DNA of 61,768 nucleotides, counting the filler, from Choristocarpus tenellus KU-1152 (taxonomy: Eukaryota; Protista; Phaeophyceae), in the NCBI GenBank assembly GCA_964200185.2. It is 8 parts of 8 records of this genome, joined end to end, with 100 filler letters (N's around TTAATTAATTAA, not from the genome) between each part and the next. Parts side by side here need not be neighbours in the genome. Positions count along the whole stretch, not along the records: positions 8,934 to 27,509 come from CAXNAD020000537.1; positions 27,610 to 31,288 come from CAXNAD020018557.1; positions 31,389 to 41,225 come from CAXNAD020003344.1; 5 more parts are not named here. One strand, 5' to 3'. The position numbers and the translations under genes were made by a program. A model generated the notes under the pieces. The model saw only the letters and a list, made by a program, of their open reading frames with translations, had not been told where the DNA came from and searched no databases. Positions within the stretch are counted from its first letter, which is position 1; each line of letters starts with the position of its first letter. This document shows, one piece after another, positions 27,416 through 40,200 of this stretch.

Positions 27416-27509
27416 GGCTCAAAGTATCTGGGGGGGGGTGGCGGCTGTCCATTTGGGGACAAAAAAAAATTGTCGCGATTTTTTTAGTGATTTGGGTTCC
27501 ATACGTTGG
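27416..27509 (-). mobile_element. MITE family A, partial, abutting or inserted in the LINE relic, truncated by the contig end
   Basis: GGCTCAAAGTATCTGGGGGGGGGTGGCGGCTGTCCATTTGG... is the reverse complement of the right half of the 55992-56170 copy. Confidence 0.85.
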
Positions 27510-27609
27510 NNNNNNNNNNNNNNNNNNNNNNNNNNNNNNNNNNNNNNNNNNNNTTAATTAATTAANNNNNNNNNNNNNNNNNNNNNNNNNNNNNNNNNNN
27601 NNNNNNNNN
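27510..27609. other. Artificial contig linker
   Basis: N44-TTAATTAATTAA-N44. Confidence 0.98.
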
Positions 27610-27666
27610 AAGGCTTCACCCCCCCCCCCTCCCACACACACGCGCGTGAACAATCGCCCAACTCAC

Positions 27667-29517
27667 ATCATCTTGGCACACATTATCAAAAGGCCATCCA
27701 GAATAGTAGTACAGAGCAACCAAGCAGTGGCACAAAAGGGCAAGACAGATATGCCTTCGGGCCAACCGTGCCGGTGGTGTCCCGTGCACAATCTTGGGAG
27801 GCGTTGTGAATGCCAATATGAAGCGGACTTTGTCAGTCCAATAAGAGGCCAGCAAAGAGGCCAGCCCAATGTAGGGCGCCAGTGGGAAAATGGGCACATA
27901 GATAACTGTCAAAAAAACAGTCCTGGTGAGGTTCGAGTACCTGTACAGGAAAGGAGTGAGATTAGACACAAAAGTGTGGTACTTTGTATATGGCACTCTG
28001 GATGTGGTACGTTGTACCTTGATAGCTGTTCAGGTGAGGAGTTCGTGGTTATTGTACTTGGAAGGACGGAGAGAGCGCAATAAATATAAATACCCTTCCA
28101 TCACTCTTCAAGACAAGGGTGAGGGTAATAGTAGTTGATGTCACACCTGAACAGCTGCTGACGTACCTACAGGCTGCTGACCAGTTCCGGCAAAACCCTC
28201 ACATTCTGAGCCAACATTATCGTTGAACAGCAAAACCTTGTGTGTTAACTTACATCACACTGTAAAACCCTACTACTATTACTACCACAACCATAGCGAC
28301 CTAGACTCAAAAATTAATCTGAAAAACTACTACAAAAATAAATATATATATATATATATACATACATAAAAATATAGCTGTGAACCGAGATTGCTTGCAG
28401 GATACTCCTAGTATCGTAACTGCTTCAGCTATTGCCGGACAATCCCCATTAGTTGTCTAGGTCACCGTCAACAGTCAAGAGAAGTAAGGGTCACGATCTC
28501 TGGTGAGAGGCCCCACAGAAAAAAAAAATCTCGAGACTTTAAACATGAGACACCGATGACAACGCACAAGCATTGGGGTTAAGGCACACGGTACCGCAAT
28601 ATGAACAGGAACCTTCGGAGGTGTGTATACACACACACACACACACACACACATAATAATGCACAGAAATAAACTAAAAAAAATTGGGGAAAAAAAATGC
28701 TTCGTTGCCACGTAACAATCGCAGCTAAAATTTCAATAGGGTATGTTCAATTGTACAACAAATCAGCACTGCCTCTAATCAACTACAAAAAAAATCCCAC
28801 AAGGTTGACAGCGATTTGATGATTCTGAACTACCTCTCCGAGAGATACCACTCCGACCCGAGGAAGTGCGAGTCCATGGCTGACTGTACCCTCTCCCGAG
28901 GTGCGATGATATGCCTCTTCCACCTGACACACATACACACAACAACAAAAAAGAACGAAAGGGAGGATAAATTATAAATTATAAAAAATAAAATAAAATA
29001 AAAAGAAACACTTTCATCTTTTCTTTCTTTTTCAAGATGCGCAAATACCGTACTATGCCGCCGTAGCTACACATCTACATCAACCAAAAGTGATGCTAAA
29101 AAAAACCAACAGGTCACGAAACTGCATCCTCTTAAGACTCTCAAACAACCTTCTTGTCCACTCCCTCATTTAAAACCCTAACCCTATATACAACCCGCAA
29201 TCTCCCCTTCCCCCAGATCCTCTCCCCACTACACCCCCCGATAACGCCTTCCTTCTCTTCCACTCACGTGAGCCTCGACAACGGTTGAAACCCCATCAAC
29301 TGCAAAATTGTCCGGTACAATAGTGGACAGTGCGTCTACAAAAGGGTACACCATCGTACCTTCCGTGGACATCCATCAGACGCAAAAATGAGGGAAGGAA
29401 GGCGTTCATCCACAGTACAGTTGCCACTAACTCAAAATTTTCTTCAGACAATGTGCTACTCCTGTCAACTAGCAGGAATGGGATGACTCCCGTGTTGATC
29501 CACCTTGCCAGGGACAG
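27667..29517 (-). CDS. Multi-pass membrane protein of the OSCA/CSC1-TMC-anoctamin superfamily, three internal exons (29517-29360, 28923-28834, 27940-27667)
   Basis: GT-AG introns, both phase 2. Product LARWINTGVIP...QSAMDSHFLGSEWYLSERYSNLTRTVFLTVIYVPIFPLAPYIGLASLLASYWTDKVRF...PP...SGWPFD fits the Q..(M/L)N..F.G..(W/F).L.ERY...FL...Y.P..P......YW.DK...PP pore-region pattern. Confidence 0.7.
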
Positions 29518-29839
29518 CTGTTCAGCAAACATAGCAACAATAACAATAGCAGTAACAAAAGAGTGTTACAATAGTGTTACAATGCACATACATGTTAAGC
29601 GTTAAGTAGTGTGCTATCATTTCGAAACGAATTAGCATTTTTTTTTATTTAAAAATATATATATATTTCATGGAATTTTTGGCGGGGTTCTGATTGACCT
29701 ACCAACTGTACTTATTTTTATTTGTACACAAAAAGACAAACGACATCATGTTTATGATGCTAACACCACCATCTATTGATAAATATATAATATTGGCGAC
29801 ACCATAGGTGAAAAAAACTGCTCTGTGTATCACAGCAGC

Positions 29840-29958
29840 ACAGTATAAATATTAGCAGTATTCCTATCTTGATGATGGTACAGCACCCTATTATAGTAGT
29901 ACAGTATCAATATTAGCAGTATTCCTCTCTTGATGATGGTACAGTACCATATTATAGT
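29840..29958. repeat. Direct tandem duplication of about 61 bp
   Basis: ACAGTAT(A/C)AATATTAGCAGTATTCCT(A/C)TCTTGATGATGGTACAG...TATTATAGT occurs twice. Confidence 0.9.
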
Positions 29959-31288
29959 TGTTGATTTGGTGGGGTGCTCTGGACCAATTGAATTGAATCA
30001 ATAACTTTAAATGGTCAGATGTATCACACACTAATTGATAAGAATAATAAAGGTAAGGCACGTGAAGCGCTATGAGAAATTGTGTTTGGTTGGTGATTAT
30101 CTGCTCGGAGATGCACTAACCAATCAAACCAAACCCCTCAATTTCAGTAGCATCACCTGTTATTTGGTTCAATAAGAATCGAAACAATCTACACCTTTGA
30201 TAGTGATGGTGATAGCCCCCCCTCACAATACACTATACAATGCATGGTTAACAAAGGGGTAACCAGGAGATTCAGCTTGTATGCAGGATTAAAACCACAA
30301 TTAATATAATACATACAATGAGCAACTGTTAAAAAAAGATGTGAACGATGTGACAAGGGTTGTAGATAACGCCTTCTCTAAATACAAAACTACAAAAACA
30401 GGGTCAATCAGTCCTGGTGCACCAAAACCTTAATTCACTACAGTAATCTTAGTCAATTCTTGAAAAAACATACAATGATGCTAATAACGAATGAGAGAAA
30501 CCCATGAAAACATAGTATTAATCCCCATTATAATCACATGTTCAAAGTAGCAATAATAATAATAAAATAATAATAATAATAATGCAACAGATGTAAAAGT
30601 TGAACACTTGAAAAACAAAGTAAATGTATCCAGTGATATACGACCTATAATATTACATTTGAAAGAGATGCAAGTGATCCATCATTGGGTCATTAACGAC
30701 GCTAATCTCAAACCACATACACTGACATCATACTATCATTTCTGCTGTGCTAGTACAACAACAACAACTACTACTACTACTACTACAACTACTACTGACA
30801 TGAGAAAATGAAAGAATTTTTCAGTAGTATTTGTAGGGCATTGAGGCATACCCCAACACACATGACACAAAAAAAGATGATCAGAGACTCAAGTCACATA
30901 CACACCAACTCATGTCCTACTAGCAGAGTCATCCCTTACCGTCATGTAACAAACCAATCACCACTTCCATGAGCACCACAGTCCTCACACACCTTCAACT
31001 ATCAACCCTCCCTCCCAGCACACGTTTCTTCGAACCTCAACGAACTTGCTCCTGTTCTCCCTGCTAACCCATCACTATCACTATCACCCCAACCCCCTCC
31101 CTACACACCTATTCAACCACAAAACCCTAACCCTCACCCCAACAACGCCTACACATTTAACAGAACTCCATCACACCTCCAAGATACACCAAACACAACA
31201 ATGTCTACGTTCCCCACAAGCCGAAGCCCCCCCCCCCCCCCCCCCCCCCGCCCCCCCCCCCCCCCACCGCGCCTACCGCCTCCCTCAC

Positions 31289-31388
31289 NNNNNNNNNNNN
31301 NNNNNNNNNNNNNNNNNNNNNNNNNNNNNNNNTTAATTAATTAANNNNNNNNNNNNNNNNNNNNNNNNNNNNNNNNNNNNNNNNNNNN
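31289..31388. other. Artificial contig linker
   Basis: N44-TTAATTAATTAA-N44. Confidence 0.98.
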
Positions 31389-31547
31389 CCCAATATCTAT
31401 GTTTTGGACATATATTTTCATAACACATACATTTTACCTACTCCTAAACATTTTGGAGTAGAAAAATGTCATTAAAAAACCCATGGGAAGCCAAGCCTCA
31501 AATGGACAAACACAGCAAAACTAGTACCCTCTATGATACTTTCACTC
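31389..31547 (-). mobile_element. MITE family B, partial (contig end)
   Basis: The reverse complement matches the first ~158 nt of the 33394 copy with about 4 differences. Confidence 0.9.
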
Positions 31548-31900
31548 CCTCTCCATGATCTCTTTTATGTATTTTAACAGTGATGCAGCTACCTGTTCGC
31601 CATTGCACTGTTTCATGACTGTTGCTTCACCTCCCAAACTAGGACGAAGCAATTGTCCTACACCTGGAACCTCAACGACAGCAGCTCCATTGCATCACTT
31701 GAACCTTTGACGGAAAGGAAGTAGAAGCACTCATCTGTGACCAGTAACTCATCGCAGGAGGTTCCCTCTTGTAGCATCTCTGCCTTTCAACATCCCCTCC
31801 CCCCAAACATCTTTTGTCAATTGAACAACCCTTCCACACCAGGAAACTCTTCCACCTACCCAAGTCCCTTTTCCACCATGCCTGCTTCATCTCTGCCCAC

Positions 31901-34900
31901 CTCGTTGACGCAGGCATCTCTTTTTTCCTCCTCGTCCTTAAGACCGTCCAACTTCTTCTCTAGGATGAGGTTGCGGAAACCTGTCTTCTGTTGTGCAGTG
32001 TGGACGGATCCCTGGAACCTGTCCCTCAGTTCGTCCCGTTCCCCCCGTGCAATAGCATGGCGCTGGTACAGAACCTGTGGGGTGTAGAGACCAAGGTTGA
32101 GGAAAAAAAGAACAATGTACTTTGAGTGATGCCGAGATGGAGAGATCTATTTAGGGATGTTGTAAGCAGGGGGGAATGCACCTTCATTGGTTGAAGCTGA
32201 TTCACAGGTCCACTCTCTTCATAGTGCATGTCACTTTGTTTATCGTATCTACTACCCATCAAAGTTGGCATAGCTTCCACTGGAGTGCACTATTATATAG
32301 CCATATCGGTGCATAGCAATTATTGGTCTAGGACAAAGAGGATTTAATTGATATTTGTGTATACGTTAGTATGTTGTGATCCAGAAAACTCGGGGGGGAT
32401 CGTTTTTATTGGGTTGTAGATGGTGCCGCCGCCTGGGTGTATCAGCTTTCGAGCTAGTTGGGGAATGTTGTTAGGGTTAGGACTAAGTTTCGAGATGTGA
32501 TCAAAGAAGAAAAAAGACCAAGGTGGATGGGTGTTTGGATGTACGCAAGGATTTTGACTTTGGGCTATGCCACAGGCAGGGTATCAAACCAACCTACTGT
32601 ATTGTCATTGTGTTGGGAATGTATGTTCTGCATGAAGTTGTTCTGGTATTGACTTGCTAGTTTCCCCTTGTTTTGTGTGTTGTGATAATCTGTGCTTTGT
32701 ATGGTGCTATAACGTCATGGATTTCATTGCAACTGCTCGCAACCCAAGCATTATTATTATTATTACTACCTACTAGAAGCAGTTCATCAGTTGACGTGAC
32801 TGATAAGAACATATTGAATATAACTGTTCTTATTCCTGCAAGGAGAGGAGACTCAGAGGTAATAGACAAAGCATTGGTCCTAGAATGATGCTAAGGACAA
32901 GGGTTAGAGGGTTTTACCAAACGGATTAATCCTATTATTGGCTCAATATCATCAACTTACCAAGTGCAGGCCGTTCATGCCATTGGTGTGAATGTCACCT
33001 TTATATAGTATCCCCTACTCCTTTCAATCTTTTTGTTTTTAACACTTATGGAAGAGTAGAGCTTTGGGTAGAGACCTGACCCAGCATAGGTGTATGAGGT
33101 GTACCTTTTGACAAACAAAACTGATTGAGTGTCTTTCATTGGATGTGCCAAGATTTTCGGGGGGTAAGATCACCAGAATATACTTGCTCCCTGGTGCTTG
33201 AAGGGAAATTTGATACCATGTGCCTGTTACCCCTCTTCCAGTAACCGCTAGAGTCAAATGATGTCGTAGGTCTACGATTTTATCAGAATACTCTGCACGA
33301 GTGTTTTGGAGAATTTAGGGAGTGAAAGTAAGGATTAGCGATATATTGGCAAGTACTGTCACCAACCTGAGGAACACGCTTTGAGAATTGAGGGAGTGAA
33401 AGTATCATAGAGGGTACTAGTTTTGCCATGTTTGTCCATTTGAGGCTTGGCTTCCCATGGGTTTTTTAATGACATTTTTCTACTCCAAAATGTTTAGGAG
33501 TAGGTAAAATGTATGTGTTATGAAAATATGTGTCCGAAACATAGATATTGGCACTTGCTAACAAACACGATAGCCAAAATTACATCAAAATCGCAACATT
33601 AGATTTTGACCCCGAAATGGACGCGGCTCTACCCTCTAAGGTACTTTAGCTCATGGTCACCGCAGGAAAAGTTGATGGGGTCTACAAAACGACTTTGTGC
33701 TCTGCATCAGCACATTTATTTTTCAACAAAATGTATAGTCTTAGGATAAACGAGAGGTGTGATTTTAAAACAATAGTCTACCATAAGATGAGACGTCTAG
33801 TTTCTGTTCACACTTAGTCGATTAAGTGTTGATCACACAAATTTCATTGTTTGGGTTTGGTATGTATCGCCTGAGCAAGTACCGCCACTGCCACCAAAAA
33901 AGGGCGCTGGAACATTCATTTAGCATCAACACCTGCCCGTAACACCATGACCTCAGAGTGCAGTGCATCTCCAGCACATCCAGGGGTGAAATTGATTTAT
34001 TTTGACATTAACAAGTATCAAAGGGAGAGCACCCACCAAGGAATTGCCGTTTAGTTTCTAGGTTGGAAAACACAGGCAGGTTATTTGCTCTCAGGTCCTT
34101 GCCTCGTTTGCCCAGTGGAGCTCTCTGAGCTTCTCCTCGACGATTAATAGACTAGCTTTGGTTCGTCTGAGCTCGTCCTGCTCCTGACGAAAGCGCTCCA
34201 GCTCTTGACGGAGGCAATCAACATCCTACACTTGGGGTAGGTAGTGGGATTGGGAGAGAAAATAAGACAAGATGTGTTACTTCATCAAGAAATTGGAGGA
34301 CTAACAGGAGGTCAACTCCCTCCTCTCTCTGTCTAATTCACAATCACATGCACGCGCACATGTGCACGCGGGCAGGCAAGCATAACAGAAATATATATAT
34401 ATATCCAATCCGTGTTTGCTTTGTCCTGGAAGCATCGAAAATTCAAGAGTAAGTTGTTGAACTCCACTTAAAGTTGTAACCATGGGTACAAAATGCTTAA
34501 TGGGAGGGCACAGGCACCCCGAGCAACCCGAAATTCTTTCCATATCGCTGCCTCCTCACCAGTCCCAGATACAGTCATTCGTGCCTTTCTCCCTCCTGCA
34601 TCATCATCCAACATTCGGGACTGCCCTGCTTGTAGTACCCAAGATCAATGGTATTCCTTTGTTGCCCCCTCCCATGGATCTACGCTCATTCAATGACTGC
34701 TGTACCTGCCTCTTTTTGTCGCCCTCTCAACTTGCCTCTATCACTGTACGTGATTGCTGCTTGCTCCCTTCGCACACAGCAAACACAGTCACGTGCATGG
34801 CGCGATTGTTCACTCTGCCCTGACCACTACGGCTGCTCCCAATACTTGGCTCCTGACCTTACTATTCACTCTTCTCACAGCATGTGGGATACTAACTTGT

Positions 34901-37180
34901 CTCCCTGCCCTAATCATTCGAGTCTCCCTTGCCCTTTCTGAGCCTCCTCTAGTCCCTCACTACCATGGACCTAGTACTTTGTACACATGGTACTACACAA
35001 TGGCTCCCCCTTTTCACGCCACCTAACACACACATTGTGTATGTCATTGCTACTCCCCCTTGTACCAGGACGTTTCTTGCATCCCTGACCTCAGCCCCCG
35101 TACTAGGCCGAGTCTCACCTGCCGGGCTTTTCGCAGTGGCTCAGACATTCGTTTATTTTCCTGGGCGATCTCGTACATGAGCTTTTCATCCTGTTGCTCA
35201 CGTTTTCGCATATCGGCAACCTGTGAGTCTCATTGAATGTAGATTGCAAGAGGATAGGGCAGGCAACAAGGACAATTGAGGGCCGGAAGGCAGCACCGAG
35301 CTGAGATGAAATTGCATCTTTGGGATTGCTAAAATATGTCTGTATGTTTCTAGAGTTGGAGGTGTTCATGGAGATTGGAACTACAGAGGTAAGACGACGT
35401 TGGGGTGAGGACACCAGAGATGTTGTTATGTGCAACAATTGCACTTCGCCAATTCCAACTAGCTCCGTAATGCCTACCAAAATTGATTTGGTACTGCTAG
35501 ATTGCTTGAGTGTTGTTCGCAACATGTTGCCCGACATCACATTACCTAAAGCAAAGAACACCCAAGTGCACAGTAGCATAGCCTGATGCCAAGATTGACG
35601 GGGTAATGTGAGGGAGGTTGCAGGCCAAGTAATCCCGTTAGTGTAGTGCTGCTTTCGGTGTCACAACCACTATTCCTCAATGCCGTTAGACTATTCAAAT
35701 GTATCAAAAGTGTCAAAGACCAACCACTGTTCATGTACTGACCAGTGTTGTCAAATTTTCTTTCCTGAGTGTGCCTTTTCTTCCTTTGCCAGCATCCCCA
35801 GGTTGCTCTATCCTCCTTGCCAAATTGCTCCTCCAAACCTCACCTTGTTACTTCTTCCATTCCCATACTCCTACCATCCACCATTGCAATTCATCACCCT
35901 ACCCTATCCTACCCTACCCTACCCTGTTCATCCTGAACTCACCCCATCACCCTTCCTCAACCTTCTACCGCCCCAGCTACTGCACCACATGCCACCACCA
36001 CCATCAAATACATGCAAACATCACCAGCTCACCTCCTCTTTGAGAGACTTGATGAGATCTAGGTTGTTGTGTGTGATGTCATTGTAGTAATTCTTGATCT
36101 CCGCGAAAGCCTTCTCGTGTAATTTCATCAACCGCTCAATGTGGACGTTCTTGCGTTCCTCGATTTGTACAGTTTCCGCTTTCCTCCGAGCCTCGAGCTT
36201 CTCCCTTGTCTTGTTAGATATCAGTGATCAAAAGTATGTGTTAGTCGAAAGAGGGTTGAGATTGGCAGCGGTTTGTTTTTTTGCAGTCTGTTTGGCTTGA
36301 GATAAATCAAATACGAGACCAGGTAACTGTAAATGTAAGTGTACGTGTAAGTGTAAGTGTAAGTTTAACTGTAAGTAGATGTGTAAGTGTAAGAGTAAGA
36401 GCAACAGTAACTGCAACTGTAACTGTAAGAGTCATACTAATTAGGAGGTATGTACAGTTACATTATATTGATCCCCAGAAATGTTCAAAGCACTTTTTTT
36501 TTTTTGCATTTCAAAAAGGTCATAGAGTGTACTGCACAAGGGTTACGAAAAGGTACATAACGCAAAACGGGCAAACGTGTATACCTCTAAGTTAGTATGC
36601 CTGTGATTGTAACTATAACAATAACTGTAAGGGTTAGGGTAAGGTCAAGACAAGTGCTAGTGTTCGGGGTAAGGTTAATGTTCAGGCTGAGTTCTGTTGA
36701 AGTACAAGGAATAGGGTTAGGTCTAGACTTTTGTGATGGGTTAAGATAATACTAAAAGACCTGTGATCATATGCACAGTGTTTCTTTGGTAGCACCCAAT
36801 TACTGGAGGCATGTCAGTGGTTTGTGGTACCAATGTGATGCATTTATATGCTGGAGATAGAATTGGTGTCACTTACAGGACAAGGAGGTCCGAACAAAGC
36901 GAACATGCACAATGTGACCTTACTGGCTTGTTCCAATTTGTTTGGAATATGCCTGAAAGTTCGGGGCAACTCTGTTCATCTCACCTCCCTCGGTTCAGAT
37001 CACCAAATGATTTGGATCATTAGAGAGGTGATGAGATCAGATGTAAAAGAATGGTGCATTCGCCTTCTTATGACTATTGTAAAATGGTTCAATGGTAGAC
37101 TTCCTTTGATGACAATGATACCAATAAGAGATGCACTTGAAGGTTTGACTACTGCAACAGGTATCAGGTTGAGGGGTATG

Positions 37181-37215
<35 letters not shown>

Positions 37216-40200
37216 GTTAAGGATAATTTTTTCTACAAGTAGACAGCTTGTTTCTAGATCCAGTAAACGAGGAGAAGCACTGATGGTGACTGTGTTTCAA
37301 ACCTAGCCTTGACTCTAACCGGCACATAACCCATAGGTGGTTTGAGCACTTCATCGTTGCTTCCTTTGTATTGGTCAGATTCATAAATAACAGCATGCAA
37401 CAACATTTTATTGACTCAAGAGTGCATTTATTCACAGTGTACCAATAACAACAAAAATCTGTTGTCGTTGTGTAATGATCTCCAACTTGTTGCCATTCTG
37501 CTTGATAGTAGATCGGAGTTCAACTGCAAAGCCATTCCCACCGAAGATTGGGGTACCAAGCACCATAACATAGCATTGGGTGAAGAATTCGATTTCATGT
37601 GCAGAAGAAGAACTCACATGCAAGCTCAATATGTCTCCTCCCCCCCCCCCCTATGTGGGCAAACAAACTCATACATGCCTCCCCCACATTCGTACCATCT
37701 TCATCTTTTTCTCAAAGTTCTTGTGGATCTCACTGGCCTTGCGCTCGAACTCAGACCGCAGGGCTGTAATGTTTTGGTCCTGTTGTTTCTTCAGTGTCAT
37801 TAGATAGCCCTCATGACTGTCAATGTGATTGTGTTATGATATCGCAATGGGGGAGGGGAGTGCCGTGTGAGAGGAGGGAAAGGGGGAGAGGAGAGGGGTA
37901 GGGAGGACATCAGAGAGAGAAGCCTGGTTCTCAATTGGGACAGTGTTTGATGTGGTCTCTGGTTGTAGCCTTATCTGCTACTGAGTAAAAAGTAACCGAA
38001 AGGGATCAGTGCTTTGGCCGTTCTGAGTTTTAAGGAGTTCTTTCAACTTTTTTTTAACATAAAGAAGATCAAGACATTCGAAAAATGGAGTTGACAGGGA
38101 TAGCTTCTACAAAACAAGTAAAGCCAAAAATCTGCTAAAATGCACTCTACAAGTCTAGACTGAGTGCTCCAGAAATATGTGCTGCCAGAACGTTGGAGGG
38201 CTCTTAAATCTCACCGGCAATCCCCCCTTCGTTACTTGGACTCATTGCTATCCCTAATCCCTACCCTTCCTCAATCCACCCATAGTTATAGTGCTGTTCC
38301 TTCTACCGAATCTCCTTTACCCAATTTATTGACATTCATTATTTTTTGCTATATGGAGCACACAGTATCCAGTGTCCACTAAGCAGTCCTAGCCTTACCA
38401 TAACTTGTAACCTAATCTCTCCTCACAGATCCCAGTTCCTACCTTTCCGAGCATTCTGGAACACTAGAGTTTATGACAACCCTAATCTCAATTGGAGTGC
38501 AAGATCATATCCATGCCTCGCTATACAAGCACACCACCCAGACCCAAAACTTTAACCCCCAACTAACTTTCTCCCCCCCCTGTCCATCCCCCTGCCAACC
38601 TGAGCTCCATCTCCTTGAGTCCAATCTTCAGTCCTCGTCTGTCAACCTTGAGCTCGCTCTCCCCAGCACGGTTTTCATCCTGAGAGTCTCAAGGACACAT
38701 AGTTGCGGCCATTGAGAGTAGCAACAGGGCAATGGGGTGGAGGAATCTCGATCACGGCCGTTATTCTTGTGGTGGGCCATGGCAACAGATAGTAGGTTTG
38801 GACCTGTAGCGCATAAAATATAAGCAAGAACAGCTGTTTTAGCCCCCTCTACATTTAGTAACACCTGGAGGTCTAGTTGACTTGTTACACCTGATACAAG
38901 GGAGGAGACATCGGGGGATGGAGTGGTGATGTGTGTGCCTGGGGGGGGGAGGGGGAGACATCCTTGTGGAATAGCAAATCCTCCAACAAGTACAGAGTAT
39001 AGAGTACAAAGTACAAAGAATCAAAGTAAACGAGAGGTACCCAGGGCCGTATTTTAAAGGTGCTGACAAAAAGTGCGAAAAATTCGTGTTTTTGTACAAT
39101 TGTGTACATGAAATTTTTTGCTTCTGTCGAGAATTTCCAAACTACAGGAAAATCAACACTATCAAGTTGATAGTAGCACTTCATTAATACAAGCAAGGGT
39201 GAATAGCAAGATGTGACAAAGATTTGCTTGAAATGCAAAAACGGCAAAAACCTGGGTACCTCTCATTTACTTTGACCCAAAGTACAAAGTACAGAGTACT
39301 TCGAAGTACAAAACAAGAAAAAAATGGTGGTATGTATTTTGGTAGGAATACTCCGAGCACCATATTGGTCAATAAGTCACGACAAGACTGATCAGACAAA
39401 TGATCAGATTGAAAGGGTACTCTAGGGGATAAGAGCATAGCAATAGACAATCTTAATTACAACCTGAAGACAGTTAGGAGCATTCGTTCTGCAAGCTTTG
39501 CATCCGCCCCAGTCTGTGTTTATTGGGAAGAGTGGTCGCCTGTGAATCTACGAAAAATGAGAGGTACCCTGTCACCTCAGAAAGCAATTAAAATGAGATT
39601 TAAAAAAAAAAAGGTTACGGACAGGGTTAGGATTAGGGCTAGGCTTAGGGCTAGGGGTAGCTTCAGGGTTAAGGTTAGGGGTAGGTTAGGGGTAGGTTAG
39701 GGTTAGGGTTAGGTTCAGGGTTAGAAGTCAATGCCCAAACTGAGTAATAACTTTCATGAGGCACGAACTGAATACGAAGTGAAATCCTTTTGTGCAGCTC
39801 TCAAACCTTAACCCTCTGTATTGATCTCATCTGCACAGTACTAATAGTCTTGTGTCTTTTGACTTCACTCCGACAATGAGGCTTCACCCCCAACCTCCTT
39901 CCCAGCCAGAATCAAATATTCAATTCGTTTTTTCAGTAGGCCAAACTCTCTGTGCCACATGCTTTCATTCTCAGCTTGGGTGAGTGTCTCTCTGCAATCA
40001 TATTTAAGAAGAGGAGAGGTTAGTATTCGTAGTATCAGTGCCGCTCCTCCCATTCAACACATTTTCTTTGAGGTGATGGCGTTTCTCCTTGCCTAAACGC
40101 ACAGCTTTGCCTGAGGTACACATTACCTACCTCCTGTTCCCAAGGGGCATCTCCTGTGCCTTGCAGTGGGACCCCACTGCATCCAAATCTTGTTACCCCC

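Noticed and set aside
39623-39724. True chromosome end
   Set aside because: The tract is degenerate, short and flanked on both sides by GAS8 exons.
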